A stretch of DNA of 64,000 nucleotides, from contig JAYWIR010000091.1 of assembly GCA_036172245.1 (NCBI GenBank), positions 62,001 to 126,000 on the forward strand, written 5' to 3'. The stretch is from Raillietiella orientalis. Lineage: Eukaryota. Under the pieces are notes generated by a model that worked only from the letters and a program-made list of their open reading frames with translations, was not told the DNA's origin and did no database searches. Shown here in pieces: positions 21,650-35,025 of the stretch. The number at the start of each line of letters is the position of its first letter. Positions within the stretch are counted from its first letter, which is position 1. Position numbers and translations under genes: made by a program.

Positions 21650-24600
21650 CACCGACTCAGCAGGAGAGGAGCGATCTCCCGTCTGTCAAGAAGGTGACTC
21701 CGTTGACGCCTTTTAAAGGTGTATCGAATGCAACGCCCCCAGAGAACGCAGCGAAAATCACGGAGGTTTCCGCAACTACTGTCGCGGAAGCCCTTGAAAA
21801 TCGCGAAGGCGAATGGAAGGTTGTGGAGAGGAGGAAAGAAAAATCTCCAAAAAAAGCTCCGCAACCTCCATCCCTGAGCTCTTCCAAAGGAAAAAGCAGT
21901 CGCAGGAATACGAAAACACGCGCGGCTTGTGCCTCTTCCAAGGAAAAAGCCAGCTCCTTCAACGCGTGCAAGTCCCCTTCTGTGACCGCCAAGAAGACCA
22001 TTCCGGTGCAATCGGACGGATGCAAGCGTATGTCGATCGTGCGAGCATCAGACTCCGCAATGGAGTCCGATTGCGCCGCTGAACGACGCGTTAATAGCGT
22101 GGGAGCGAGCGCCCGCAGGGCTGAAGCCCTGAGGCGTGACACACTCGCTGCGGAACGGCGAGTGCTCACCCCGGATCCCACAGTTTCTGCACCCGGAGAG
22201 AAGCACCCGATTACGTGCCGCACAGTTTAGGCCGGTGGCGACCGCGCCATTCAGCCAGTCGTGCTGCTTACTGCCCGCCCGCCGGGTGAGGCGAGCACCA
22301 CGGCCTTGCTTTCCCAGCCGTTATGAGGGCAATCGCGTCTTCTCGCCGTGTTGCCTTAACGTCTTGGAACTTCAACGGGTTCCAACACGAGGAGAAGAGT
22401 CGACTAGTGGCTGACGCTCTGCGCGCCTTCGACTTGACGCTCCTGCAGGAGATACACAGCATCTCCGAAAAGCAAGCTGCCGAAATCGAACGGCGCGCGG
22501 GCAGAACGCTACTTTATAGGTGCGGCGTTGCACCAACGTGCGGAGTCGCTTTCCTCGTGCGAGGAAGTTTGGCGGGAGCGGTGCGTAGCGTTTGTTTCGA
22601 CGCGGAAGGCCCAGTAAGACAGCTTGTACTCAAGTGGTCGGACTCGATCGACCTTGTCGTAACCAACGTGTACGCGCCGAGTAATGCTGGACGATGGGCC
22701 AAAAGAATTGAGTTCTTCGGTACCCTTCAAACCCAGTGGCTCACCCGATCTCACCCTACTGTGGCCCATCTCATTGCGGGGGACTTCAACGTCCACCTGC
22801 TTTCCGAGAATAAATCCCACAAAAGGGAAAAGTTGCTAGCGGTGGAGATGTGCGCGTCCGTGCACGCGTGGAACTTCTTCGCTAGCGACCCTGTTATGGC
22901 AGCAACGCCGGACCACGTATACCTTGATGAACACTTGCTCTCTCGAGTGGGTCGGAGAGGTCCCGTGCCGTCCGTGCTTTCCGACCACAACAGGCTCGAG
23001 TTCGAGTTGCTTCCGCCAGGCAAGGAGCCTCCAAACTGTTTTTGGAGAATGCGGCAGACTGGCTAAGCCACCCTCAGGCGGCTAAGCATCTTCTGCAGTA
23101 CCTCCTCGGCTTTTCCATAGTGAGCTCGAGGACTGGGACGATCTGAAAAGATCGGTCCGCGGGTTCTGCTGCCGGTTTCCCTTGCTCCAGCTTCCGCGCG
23201 GCTTCGGAGAGGGCGTAGCCAACAGAGGAGATTTTCTGCAGGCCCGCTTTTCTTCCAGGCGCGCGGACGTTGGTCGATAATCCGACTACAAGGCCAAGGC
23301 CGAGCGCCAGGTCTGGCAGTCAGGGGCGACAGTTCTGCTCGACGACCAGGACCGGGAATGCTGGACTCCAGCCGACAAGCGACGGATAGTCAGGCGCTAT
23401 TACCCTTTTCTGTATGCAGAGGCACCGACGGAACGCAGCCTTTCGTGGCTGTTTCTGCCGAGTGATGCAACTGTTGTAGACGAGGAGGAACGCGCGCGTC
23501 TTGTCAAGCCCTTCACGGCAGAGTAAATTTCCTCGGCCATCTCGGTGCTCGAGAGACGAAAAGCGACAGGCGAAGATGGGCTCCCCGTGGAATTCTTACA
23601 GTGTTTAGCGGCGGAGCTCATCACGCAGGTGCTCCAACTTTTGTCGCTGATGCGAGACTCGGGCGATGTCCCTGCCTCGTTTCGCTCAGCGAAGGTGCGT
23701 GTACTGCCGAAAGGCGGAGATTTGCGCCAACTGAACAACTGGCGTCCGATCACATTAGTGAATTCGGACATCAAGTTGTTCTCGAAAGTTTGGGTTGCGC
23801 GGATAGGAAGGATCGCGGAATCCTTGTTAATTCCGGAGCCGACGTACGCTGTTCCTGGGCGGTCCAAGATAGCGAATGTCTTGTTCATCCGCACATGGCT
23901 GCAATTGCAGCATTCTGTGGCGGTAGAACGTAGTGCGGAAGCGACACCTGCGATCTCTCACCGACGGAGGCGCAAGATGCAAAGGGAGATACCGTGAGCC
24001 TTGGCGGCCGCAGTCGATCTGCACCAAGCTTTCGATTGCGTGAACCAAAAGCTTCATCTTGAGCTTTTGGAACGTCTGTGTCTTCTGGCATATCTGTTGG
24101 CGTACTTGCGCTCCTGCTGGCGCCCCGCGATTACATCCATTGTTTTCAGTGCCTGTTGCGTGTACGGCGTGCCGGTACGATGAGGAATTAGGCAGGGTGA
24201 CAGCTTAAGCCCGCTGCTCTTCAGCATCTATTTTGAATTGGTGCTGGAGGCTTACAGGCTGACGCTAGCCAACCTGCCGAGCTCCCGCCCAGGTACGTTG
24301 GCCGTGCCAGCCTATACCGACGACCTGCTTCTCCAGTTGCCCATGTCCACCCCGGCGACATCGCTTGAAGACTTCTTTAAGTTGATTTCTTGCGGTGCGG
24401 GCGTGAGCGTTAACAGGAGTAAGTGTATGGTTGTTCCGGTGGGTGCGACGTGGGAGGGGCAGTCCGACTGGATCGGCCTGGGGATCCCCACGGGCAGGTA
24501 CCTCAGGTACCTGAGCGTGCCGTTGGGCGACTTCTGCATCTCAGAAGCGTGGTCGGACTGCCTTCGGAAGGCAGTGCCTGCACTTGGGCCGTTTTCAGGA

Positions 24601-26243
24601 GGCGAGTTCTTCTTGCCGCAACGGGCCTGTATCTGGAACATCTTCGTTGCCCCCCTTCGCCGCCCCCTGTTTTTGTTTGTCCCCCCTTAGGAAGTATAAG
24701 TCTGGGCGCAGCGCTTTCTACGCAAAAGGTTGTAAGGCGATGCAAGATCCCGTGTTAGACTTAAAGATTTGGTGGCGCCGCGTCAGGATGCAGGCATGGG
24801 TATCCTCGACTTAAACAGAATCGAACTGCAGGTGCAGTTCCGTAAGCTGCGGCTCTGTGCCAAGCTGTGTTTTACGCCGTGGTGCTTACCCGCACGTTTC
24901 ATACTGAGACGCTGCACGGGAAGCGTGGGACTGCTTTCGTTGCTACCCCACTTTCGGCACACCAGAATAGGGTTTGGCCTCCCGCTCAGGCAGCTGTCCT
25001 CACGGCTGGAATCCCAAAGCTGGATCTCCTGCCGCTTCATCAACATTAATGCATTGCGGCAGGAATCTTTTTCATCGTGGGCAGCTTCCGAAGGAACGCG
25101 TCCGGAAGATCTTCGACGTTTGCGACTTCTCCTCAGTCATCAAATGAACGAAGTCATGCATGACAAGAAGTTGTCGGATCGTTTGACCGTCACACCACTT
25201 GCCGCAGCGCTGTCGGCACTCAGGGCAAGAAACGACGGTTGCCTACCAGCGGAATGGGAGTTCTCCTGCAAAATAGCGGAAGTCAGTAAGCTTCTTGGCA
25301 TCTGGACGACAAAGGAGCTGGTGCAAGCCCTCATACCTCGGAATCGGGCAAAGGGCCTGCTTCGGTGGAGCGAACATTTAAGTGTGCCCTCCGGAGAGAT
25401 AGTGGTTCCGTTCGTTTGTTTGGACCGCTCCATGTTCCCCCTTAAGTAGAAACAAGATGTGCTGCTCTTTTTACATTGTGCATTACACTGTAGTAGACAG
25501 CGAAGCATCATTTTCGGGGGAGCTGCTTTGCCAAACTGTTTAAGGTGCGGAGAGAACGAGGCTTTTCCGCAACTTTTGCTGGACTGCGGTGACCTCCGGG
25601 AACTGTGGCGAAGGCTCACTTCGGCCATCATGCCACAAGGAGGCACTGCTATTGATGTGCTGCGGCGCTTCTTCAGCAGAAATGGACTTTCGGTTGGCGC
25701 GATTGTCGCAACCATGTGTTGCGTTCGCGCCATGGTGAAGGCCCCCTACACCCTAAAGTTGTCAGCGCAGCGAAGGGAGGCTCACCTCCTTGCAGCTCAA
25801 TTCATGGAGAAGGCTTCAAGGTGAAGTCATCTTTGTGAAAAGGTGAATGGGGACATCACCGGCATACATCGCCGGTTTACACAGCTTTGAGAACGGCGTA
25901 ATCCGGTGACTTCTGCGACCTTTCGCATACCCATACCCTGTCCCCGTGCGCTTGGTAAAATTTCCGGTGCTCATGCTTTTATCACCGTGTCTTCCAGAGC
26001 GATCCCAAAGACCGTTATCCCGTCCTCCTTATTCATTGTTTTTATTTTATTTTGGTTTCTTTGTGTTTTCCGCCCCCCCACACCGTTCGCAAAACTGTTA
26101 TTCTGGCCTGGGTGCCAGCAATATTTTCTTCATTCTTTTTGAGTCGTCGGTTGGGAATTTGGTTGCCAACTGGTTTATTTTGTATAATTGCTTTTTTTGG
26201 TTATGTTATATGGAATAAACTCCCCGGCGTAACTGGGTGAGAA
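21650..26243 (+). mobile_element. Family C LINE from the ORF1 tail to the 3' end, decayed
   Basis: Colinear with 50580-55179. Multiple stops and frameshifts. Ends AATAAACTCCCCGGCGTAACTGGGTGAGAA. Confidence 0.9.
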
Positions 26244-28213
26244 ATCTCCTGCGCTTGTTCTGCAGAGATCACATGGATCTCCTGCAGCAGCGCGAGGTCG
26301 AACGATTCTAGAATGGCGGCCCTGTCTCGTCTCTTGCCGGCGTCTGTGACGCCGTTAACGTTCCGAACGGCGATGCGCAGACGACGGTGGAAGGAGATTG
26401 CCGGCAATACTGCTGGAAAGATTAAGGTATGGAAGAGCCCGCCTCTTGCGAGGCGGGTGGGATGTCCATGGGGGTTTCGGCCTTCTAAGGCACCTGAGGC
26501 ACCTGTTCGGCCTCCACCCCCTCCATCCACTCCGTGTCCGTGCGTAGGGGTCTCTCGGGCGACGGGTCCCGAGAGTTCCCCACGCTCATGTCACCCTCGC
26601 TTGCGGAAGCCATCTCCACGCCTTCGGTCTGGAGAGGGGCTTTCCGGGGTTTGCTGGACTTCCTTCCTGCCTCCCGGTGGGGTCCCGCGGACATAGAAAC
26701 TTGGATTCCGGCCTGCGCTTCGGGGTCGGAAGTTACCGACTCCTCGGTGGAGGCCGGACGCCTAACTGCTTTTTGCAGTCCTTAGAGGGGTCTGGCTGCA
26801 ACGATGCAGCCAGCTGCTCCGCCGCACGCACGATAACGGCGTCGTCGATCACGGTCTCGATGACGGACGCTTCCGCCGGTTCGCTCCCCACGCTGTTGAC
26901 ATTTTCAACAGTGGGTTGCTCGTAGGTAGCAGCGATTTCTACCTTGCAGTGTTCGGCGGGAATTAGTTCCACGACGAAGCTACATTCTTTGAAATTCTCG
27001 CTAACCTGCTGTTTTTTATTTTGGTAGGCGAACTTTTTTTCAATTCGTCGTTCTTTCTTCGACTTGTTTTTCTTTTTCGCTGTGGCTTCTTGCCATTTCG
27101 ACACCTGACCGCTTTTGTCGATCTTTTCGGCATTCGTTGCCGGGGTGTCGGCTGCGTTCTGGACCACGGGTGTGGGTGGCACTGCTGGAGCGGAAGCCTT
27201 CGCCGCCACTTTTTTCTGTAGCATTCGCGCGCGTTTTTTTAGGTTCCTCGCGGAAACCACGCGTACAGCGGATTGTGCACACACTTCCTTCGTGTGGCCT
27301 ATTGTCCCGCATACCAGGCACTGTACGTTAAGGTACCTCCTTTTGAGGTGTCCCGACGTGTTGTAGAAGCCACAGTATTTCGGCTTCCTCAAGTACCAGA
27401 GGTCGACGCTTTCTCCGCCGACCACCAGTTTGTGGGGAAGGGTAGAGCTTTCCCGAGCGCTTACACGGGCAGCCGTGAGGCCGCACTGAACTGTGGTATA
27501 GTCCTCGAAAGGACTAGGCTTGGTCCATACTACATGGACCGTGCCTTCTTTTCCCAACGCGGCTCGTAACTGTTCTTTCCGCATCCGCGCGGTAACTCTT
27601 AAAAGGTGGACCACCATACTGTGGTTCGCCGTAACGGGAAGGTGCCTGCGTGTCCCCATTACCACGGGGGTTTTAAGCAGACGTTGAGCCAGATTTGCAT
27701 GTTTGCAGATCACCTCTACGTACTTCCTTCTGCTACCTATGGTCATAGCGCAGAGCTCCTCCTCTTTAACATCGAGAGCGCGCATCCCCTTCGAAAAGGC
27801 GCGCGCACTCTCAGAAGAATACAAATTTCCTACCTTGTAGAATAGTGATAAGTTATACCCCTCTTGCACATAGGCAGATAATTCCGCCGCGGCTGCAGGC
27901 GATGGCGCCGACACGACGGCGCTCCAGGCCCGCGCTGCAGCCGGGAACGGTTTTTTGGGGGCGAATGCCCCCACCTCCTTCGCCACCGGAGGCGCCGTTG
28001 CCGCCGATCCCTGCCACTCCAACTTTAATAGAGGCGACGTTGTGGTCGCCACCTGGCACTCCGTTTCTTCAGGAGGCGACGTTATCACGGCTTCCTGACA
28101 CGCACTGGTGGTCGTGTCAGGCATTGCTGCCTGATCGAGCACCACCACACACGAAGCCTACACCTAGGGACGGTTGCCGGCACGAGGAGCACCCAGGAAA
28201 CACGTCCGCTGTA
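26244..28213 (-). mobile_element. 5' part of a family E LINE (ORF1 and EN start)
   Basis: 5' motif ACAGCGGACGTG at about 28212-28201. ORF 26733..28148 with knuckles. EN reads FDLALLQEIHVISAEQAQEI up to the C junction. Confidence 0.87.
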
Positions 28214-30333
28214 ACCGACGTAAAGCTTTCGACTGCGTCGTCCACGAACTGCTTTTGAAGCTTCTGGAACGCTTGGGATTGCCGGCCGTCTTCTTGTCCT
28301 ATATGCGCTCCTGCTGGCTCTTCGCATTTATAAATATCAATTTCAGCGGCAGCCACGTGTTTGGCGTTCCGATTCGTCGCTGCATCAGGCAGGTTGAAAG
28401 CCGCACCCCCTGCTCTTCAGCATCTATTTTGAGTTCTTGCTGATGGCATACAGGGAGTCTTTGGCAACCTCGCCGAGCTCGTGGCCCGGCACGCCTGCCG
28501 TGTCGGCTTATGCCGAGGACCTTCTGCTCCTGCTTCCCTGGTCCAGCCCGGCATCGGCGCTCGAGGATTTCTTCGAGTTGCTGCACCGCGGACAGGCCTC
28601 CAGGAAAACAGGACGAAGTCGTTGTTACTATTAACGGACTCGACGCGGGCTGGATGGTCGGACTGGATTCGCTTGGGGATCTCCACGGGCGGGTATATCA
28701 AGTACCTTGGCGTTCCGTTGGGGGACTTCTGCGCAGCAGAAACCTGGTCCGACCGTCTCCAAAAGGCAGCGTTGGCGATCGGTTCGTTCCAAGAATGCAG
28801 CTTCTACTTGCAGGAACGGGCCGGGATGTGGAACGCGTTTGCGTTTCTTCTCCTCCGCCTTCTACTTTTTGTTTGCTCCGCCCCTTGTTTCATTCGTAAA
28901 CGAGCAGCGGGCCTCCTGAGGACAGTCCTTTGTGCCAAAGGGAGGTCCCGTTAGGGGCTCAAAGACTTGTGCGCTCCACGTAAGGACGGTGGACTTGGCG
29001 TTCTTACGCTGGAGCGCATGGAAGTGCAACAACAGTTTAGGACTCTCGCCTTCGCGGAAGAAATGTGGGACACGCCCTGGTGCATCCCAGCACGCCTCCT
29101 GGCCCAACGAGCCTTTGGATCCGGCGGACTTTTGTCGTTTCTGTCTGCGCGCGTCTGCAGAAGAGCACACTGTGGCTCTATGCTGCAACGTATCTTCGTT
29201 GCGGTTCGGATGAACGCCTGGATTTCCTGTTTCCCAGGGAACTACTCTGCCTGGTTTCACGAGTCACTTTCCACCTGGGATAAGATCCACGTTCCGGCCG
29301 CACTACGAACACTTGTATGAATAGGCACGCTTGCTGGACGCTGCAGGAGATCGTGCAGTCCCACGACAAGCTTCTGTGGGCCTTGATTACCCCCCTCGCC
29401 CCAGTGCTGCCCTTCCTTGTGAATGCCAGGGACAGTAGCGAGCAGGCGAAATGGACCGTGTCCTGCACTATAGGCGGCAGGACACAATCGATAAAGGCGT
29501 GGACATCTCGGCAGCTAGCTGATGCTGCGACGCCAAGTGTCCCGCTTAACGGAATTCGACGCTGGGGCGAGCTACTCGGACTATCTCCGGAGGGGATGAA
29601 GTGGCCCATATCGTCCTGGAACAGTGCATCCCTCCCCCTGAAGTGGCAGGATGTGGCGTTGCTTGTGGTACTCTGGGAATAACCATTTAAAGCACGCCTG
29701 CACCACACCACCCGGGGGGCTGTGGATCCTAATTGTGACCGGTGTGGGAAGAAAGAAACATTCCCTTACTTTCTCCTTGAGTGCAGAGCCGTCCGCCCTT
29801 TGTGGGATCGTCTCGCGGCGATCCTGGACTTGCACGGATGCGGTCCAAAGGACGTTTTAAGGCGCCTCTTCTGGAGTGACGCCTTGTCCTCGCCCGCTAG
29901 TGTAGCAGTCCTCTGCTGCATCAGAGGAATAGTGGCGGCTTGGAACGCCACCAGAAGAAGGCGTCAGCCAACCGGCAACGCCTTACACTGGACTCGCCTT
30001 TTCGCGCGCAGTGTCTGCAAGTGGCGCCACTTGGGCGCTGAAATGACTCAGCTTGTGCGGATCCTGAATAGGATCTAGAGGACCTCTCCACGCGCACCGT
30101 GATACCTTCCTTGCCCTCCCACATCTAGAGCATTTGTTCCCCTCCACATATGAACTTTTTGTTTCTCTTTGGTTCTCTTTATTTCCCATCCCCGCGCATC
30201 GGAAGGACCTCTTCGGCATGGAGCCGTTAACCAGCAAGCTGTTTTAGAGTCTTGAACCTTCGGGTTCGCCACGCGACATTTCGATGTAATTTTATTTCAA
30301 TGAAATAAATGATCCGGCACACCCGGGTGTGAA
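28214..30333 (+). mobile_element. Family H LINE from RT KAFD to the 3' end, decayed
   Basis: Reads RKAFDCV, AYAEDLLL, KYLGVPLG, CDRCGKKE. Ends AATAAATGATCCGGCACACCCGGGTGTGAA. Confidence 0.82.
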
Positions 30334-32030
30334 TCGCCACGGCGCGCGTCACCTAGGACGACCGAAGGCTGCTGCCTTCGCAGATCGTCCTCGGTGACGA
30401 CGTCGTTTATATACGGTTTGCCGGACAATTTCCGGCTTGCGGCAACTGCATCAAGGAGGGCTACCGACCGCAGAAGTGCCCCACGCGCAGCTGCCGCTAC
30501 TGCAAACTGCTGGGCCACTCGATTAACGAGTGCCTCGAGTTGAAACGAAGGAAGCGGATAATAAACGTGTCCGCAACATCGCGTCCGATCCGTTTCCATC
30601 CTCACCGTCGTCGGGCACGAAATCCTGCGGGAACGAGGATCCTCGGCAGCGACTCAAGAAAACCGATAGCGCTGGCGTGCCTGAGAGCAATGCTCCACAA
30701 AAGTCCGCGCAAAAGGACAAAAAGCTTCAGCAAGCTGCTGCAAGCAAGCCCCGAGCAAACCAGCCTGCCGAAAACATCGGGCAGGCTGCAAAACCGCTTT
30801 TGTCCGCTCTTGCTTCGCAGCGAAAAAGTGGTGGCACGCTCAGAAAGTCCACCGATGCGCCCAAAAAGTGGTCGCGCGCCCCTTTACCCGCGCAAAGCAA
30901 GCCGGCCACGGCAAGCCCGTCTGTGGAAAAGGCTGCAAAGCCTTTCGCGACCACCAAGAACCCCGCCACTCTGGCAGCACCTTCCGGTAAGGAGGTGCAA
31001 AAGGCAGACGTGGCGAAGGATACACTGGCCACAATCGCCGCATAGAAGGCCTTGGAAAGGATGCGGAGGACCCTGGAAGACCTCGCGCCCAACCCAGGCA
31101 AACCGGAAGGCGGCGAGTATGGCTGGACCTGCGTTGGGGGAAGGAGGAAGGAGCGCAAACCGCGCGATTCTTCTCATTTTCCTATAAAAAGGGTAGGCGG
31201 AGCTAAGAAGCAGCTTCGCGCGCCTAGCAAGGCGCAAGAAAAAGCCTCCGCTGCCGCAGCGCCCGCCGTCGCAAACACCCGCTGCGACAGGATGGCTGCC
31301 GACGCCGTGACCCCGAAAGGGGGTTTGGCGCCAAAGGCACCCTCGAAGATTGCTGGCCCAGCTAAGAGCTTCCAGCAGAGAAATCGGCAGGCGAAACTCC
31401 TGCCGCGCGAGCGGAATTCGGACTGCGAGGAGGAGTCCGAGGGCAGCGCAAAGGCTCGCAAATCTCCGGCCAAGGTGAGGACTGCGCGTAAGCCGAAAGT
31501 TGCCAGGCAAGAGCGTTATGCCGGGAACGGTTTCCGATGCTCTTCGGAGGCCGAGGCAATGGTCCTCGACTCCAACCAGTCAGCCGCCAGCGCCGCGGCG
31601 GAGACTGGGAGCGCTTGCGCTCCCCCATCCGCCGTGCTCCCGGCTGATGCCTCGCCGGACGGGGCGAGGAACGCACCTCCATGTCCGTAGCAGCAATGCG
31701 CTGTCTCGCTTCTTCCCGTCGCGTGAGTAGCCTGTTGGAACGTCAACGGGCTGCAGGAAAACGAGAAGAGGCGATTGGTTGCTAACGTCTTGCGCGACAC
31801 CGATCTGGCCCTGCTGCATGAGATTCACGCACTCTCCGAAGAGCAAGCGGTCGTTCTGGCAGTTCGCGCAAGCATGACGCTCCATTGGAGGTCAGGCTCC
31901 CAGAATACATGCGGACTGGCATTCCTTGTCCGTAGCAGGGTGGCGGGGGCGGTTTGGAGCGTTTGTTTCGACCAGGAAGGTCGTGTGGGCCAGCTTGTTG
32001 TGAAGTGGTCCGAATCGATCGACCTGGATC
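30334..32030 (+). pseudogene. ORF1 C-terminal part and EN start of another A/C-like family (J)
   Basis: Reads ATARVT*DDRRLLPSQI..., CRYCKLLGHSINEC, then CWNVNGLQENEKRR...KWSESIDL. Confidence 0.75.
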
Positions 32031-33660
32031 CCCGCGGCCAGGTACCTGAAGTACCTGGGTGTCCCGTTGGGGCACTTCTGCCTCGCAGAAGCCTGGTCAG
32101 GTCGTCTCCAAAAGGTAGAGTTGGCAATCGGCCCGTTCCTGGAAGGCAAGTTGCTTCTGCCGGAACGGGCCGCGGTGTGGAACGCCTTCGCGGCTCCCAT
32201 CGTCCGCCCCCTGCTTTTTATTTTCCCCGTCCCCCGTCACATAAAAAAGAGAACCAAGGACCTACTCCGCATCGCCCTCTGGGGCAGCGGGAGGCCACGT
32301 GTGCCTCTAGAGGACTTATGCGCTCCGTGTCGGGACGGCGGTCTCGGCCTTCTGACGCTCGAGCGCCTGGACATACAGCTGCAATGGCGCACTCTCACCA
32401 TCCCAGCAAAGTCATGGAGCACCCCTTGGTGCGTTGCGCCCCGCAACCTCGCCACCCGTGTATCCAGGACGCAAGGACTCGCTTCATACCTTCTCTGCCC
32501 TCACAGAAAGGTCAGAAGATGCGGCCTTATCCTCAGCGCATGGAAGCCCTGGTGAGAGACAGCACTTGTACGGTATGCAGCTCCGCCAACTCCTTCGCTT
32601 GGTTGGTGGAATCCGTTGCCACGTGGGCCAAGCTGAACCTCCAGACTTCACTTGAATGGAACCGCCTGCGATTCGGACCAAAGGCCTGCTGCACACTGCG
32701 GACTACTCTGGAGTGTCCCACCAGGAGCACGTGGGTAGAGACTACCCCTTTAGCCTCGACCCTACCCTTCCTACGAAGGGCTTTAAACAGCGGCCGAACG
32801 CCAAAGTGGCAAGTCTCCTGCCGAATCGCAGGAAAGGAAAAGACCATGAGCGGTTACACCATGAGAGAACTGGCAGATGCCACGACCCCGAGTGCCCTCC
32901 CGCGTGGACTTCGTAGATGGGACGAGCTGCTCGGAATCCCGACGGATGACCTGAAGTGGCCCCCAGTATTAATTGGATCCAGGATTCTCTTACTGAAGTG
33001 GCAAAAGTCGGCGCTGCTGCTGTTGCACTGGGGTCTACCCTGCAACGCGCTGCTTCCACTAGACGCGAGGAAGTGTAAGGCCTGAGTGTGCCAGGTGTGG
33101 GGAGCGCGAATCGCTCCCCCAACTACTTGTTGACTGTGCTACCCTCCAATCCCTGTAGGAACGGTTCGGGACGACCCTCGGGCTCCCAATGGGCAGCGCG
33201 CCCAGAGACGTTCTTCGGCCCCTCTTCGTGGGAGACGCCCTGCAGCCCGCCGCAGTCCTCGCAGACCTGTGCTGCATCAGGGGCATCGTGGCGGTTTGGA
33301 GCGACATTCGCGACGAAGGAGTGGATGCCAACGCGAGGGATGTCATCCCGTATGCGGTCTACTTCATTCAAAGAGCTGCGAGATGGCCCCATCTGGGAAG
33401 CTAGAAGATGAACCTAGAGGGCATCCTGCGAAGGATGGGCCCTCCTCCCAGTGGATTATGATCTCTTCCCCTGCCTCCAAACTCTTTTTTTGTTTTCCTG
33501 ATCTTTATTTTTCTTTTTGTTTTGATCCCTATCCCCCTCCACTGCCGAGGAGCGTCCCGACGTCCCGGCAGGTCCGGTGATGTGTGGCCGTTAGTGAGGC
33601 CTCGTACCACGTTTATGTAGAGTTCTTTCAATAAACGCCCCGGGCGTACCCGGGTGACAA
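32031..33660 (+). mobile_element. 3' part of a LINE of the same family as 1-874 (probably D)
   Basis: Reads KYLGVPLG... 32790-33660 is colinear with 1-874 and has the same hairpin terminus. Confidence 0.85.
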
Positions 33661-34165
33661 CCCCAAATCCCGCAGGTAGGCGATGCAAAGGGAACCGGTC
33701 GCAAAACTCCTGGACCGACCGCTTTAAGCGGTCCCAGTCCTAAAGCGTCCGCATTCTGAAGTTCCGTATGAACGCGCGAAGATGTTCCGCCGCGTCCGGA
33801 AACTTCAGCCAGTCCCCTGGCAGACGCCACGCTGACGAGGGAGGGCCGTTGTCGCGCGGATGCACTTCGAACACGATTCAGCCATGGTCCGAGAGCTCGG
33901 ACGGTAACTTGCCACGCCTGCCCACGCGAGAGCATAGGTGCTGGTCAAGGTACACGTGATCGATGCTCCGTTATATGTCCGTATCTCCGGCCAGCAAGTT
34001 GCACGTGTGCATTTGTGCGCACAACTCGCTGACGCGGTCGTTCAGTGTATCCGGCGCACATGAAAGGAGGCGCAGGTTCAAATCAGCTACGATCAGGTGC
34101 GCTTTGCCAACACCTGCTTTGATCAGCCAATCACGTCCGAGGGCAAGGTAGAATTCTCTTCTTGC
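33661..34165 (-). pseudogene. EN/linker fragment of an E-like LINE
   Basis: Reads AHLIVADLNLRLL, SIDHVYLD, LSDHG, LHRLPAGFG. Confidence 0.78.
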
Positions 34166-35025
34166 CTTGGGAAGAACCCCCCTCGCTGCTGCGGTGCCCT
34201 CCCTGATGAAGGATCTGGACAGCAATGTTGCGGCGAAGTGGGAGGTTTCAGCTACAATCTTCGGAAAGGAGAAGAAGATAGCAAAGTTGAAGACGGGCCA
34301 GTTAGCAGACGCTGCATCCCCGAGTACGCCTCCTAATGGGCTTCTGCGATGTGGCGCGCGGCTCGATGTTCCCATTGAACATCTGAAGTGGCCCCCGGTG
34401 CTCATGAACACTTCCACCCTCCGCTTAAAATGGCAGGAGTCGGCTCTCCTGTTGCAGCACTGGGGACTCCCCTGCACCGCCCGCCGACAACACTGCACCT
34501 GGGGAGTTGTGGACCCCAAATGCGTCAGGTGTAGGGAACGGGAGTCCCTCCCCCACCTGCTAGTGGATTGTGTCGCCCTTTGGCCCCTTTGTTTTCGCTT
34601 TGACGCGGCCATCGGAATTCCCTGCGGCAACCCCAGGGACGCACTGAAAGCCCTCTTCGTTGTCGACGCCCTTCGGCCAGCGGATTCGCTAGATGATTTG
34701 TGCTATCTACGCGGGATCGTCAGCGCTTCGTTCAAGGATACGGGAGGACAACGCGACGAGGGAGCCATCCATCCAGTCTCCCAGTTCCTGAGGAGAGCGT
34801 CGCGCTAGCCCCACCTGGATCCAAGCATGCAGCAACAGGTTGCCGGCATCCTGCAAACGATGCCACGGCCTTACCAGCAAGTGTGATACCTTCCCATACC
34901 CTATCAGTTTTTTCTTTTCTTTTTGTTTTTTTTTCTTGTTTTTCCTTCTTCTTCCTGCTATGTGGTGGACCGTGCCGTTCTGTGAACCGGTGATCCGGCA
35001 GCCTCTCTGTTTCTTCGTGCGTGGA
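34166..35025 (+). pseudogene. Family E ORF2 C-terminal fragment and partial 3' UTR
   Basis: ORF 34167..34808 is homologous to the reverse complement of 10570-11420. The terminus is missing. Confidence 0.82.

Noticed and set aside
10467..28232. 9639-10482 and 28214-30333 as two halves of one host around a single 17.7-kb nest
   Set aside because: The putative TSDs differ at several positions (CTCACAAAGCATTCGATT versus GACGTAAAGCTTTCGACT), and a deletion junction at about 15258 lies between them.
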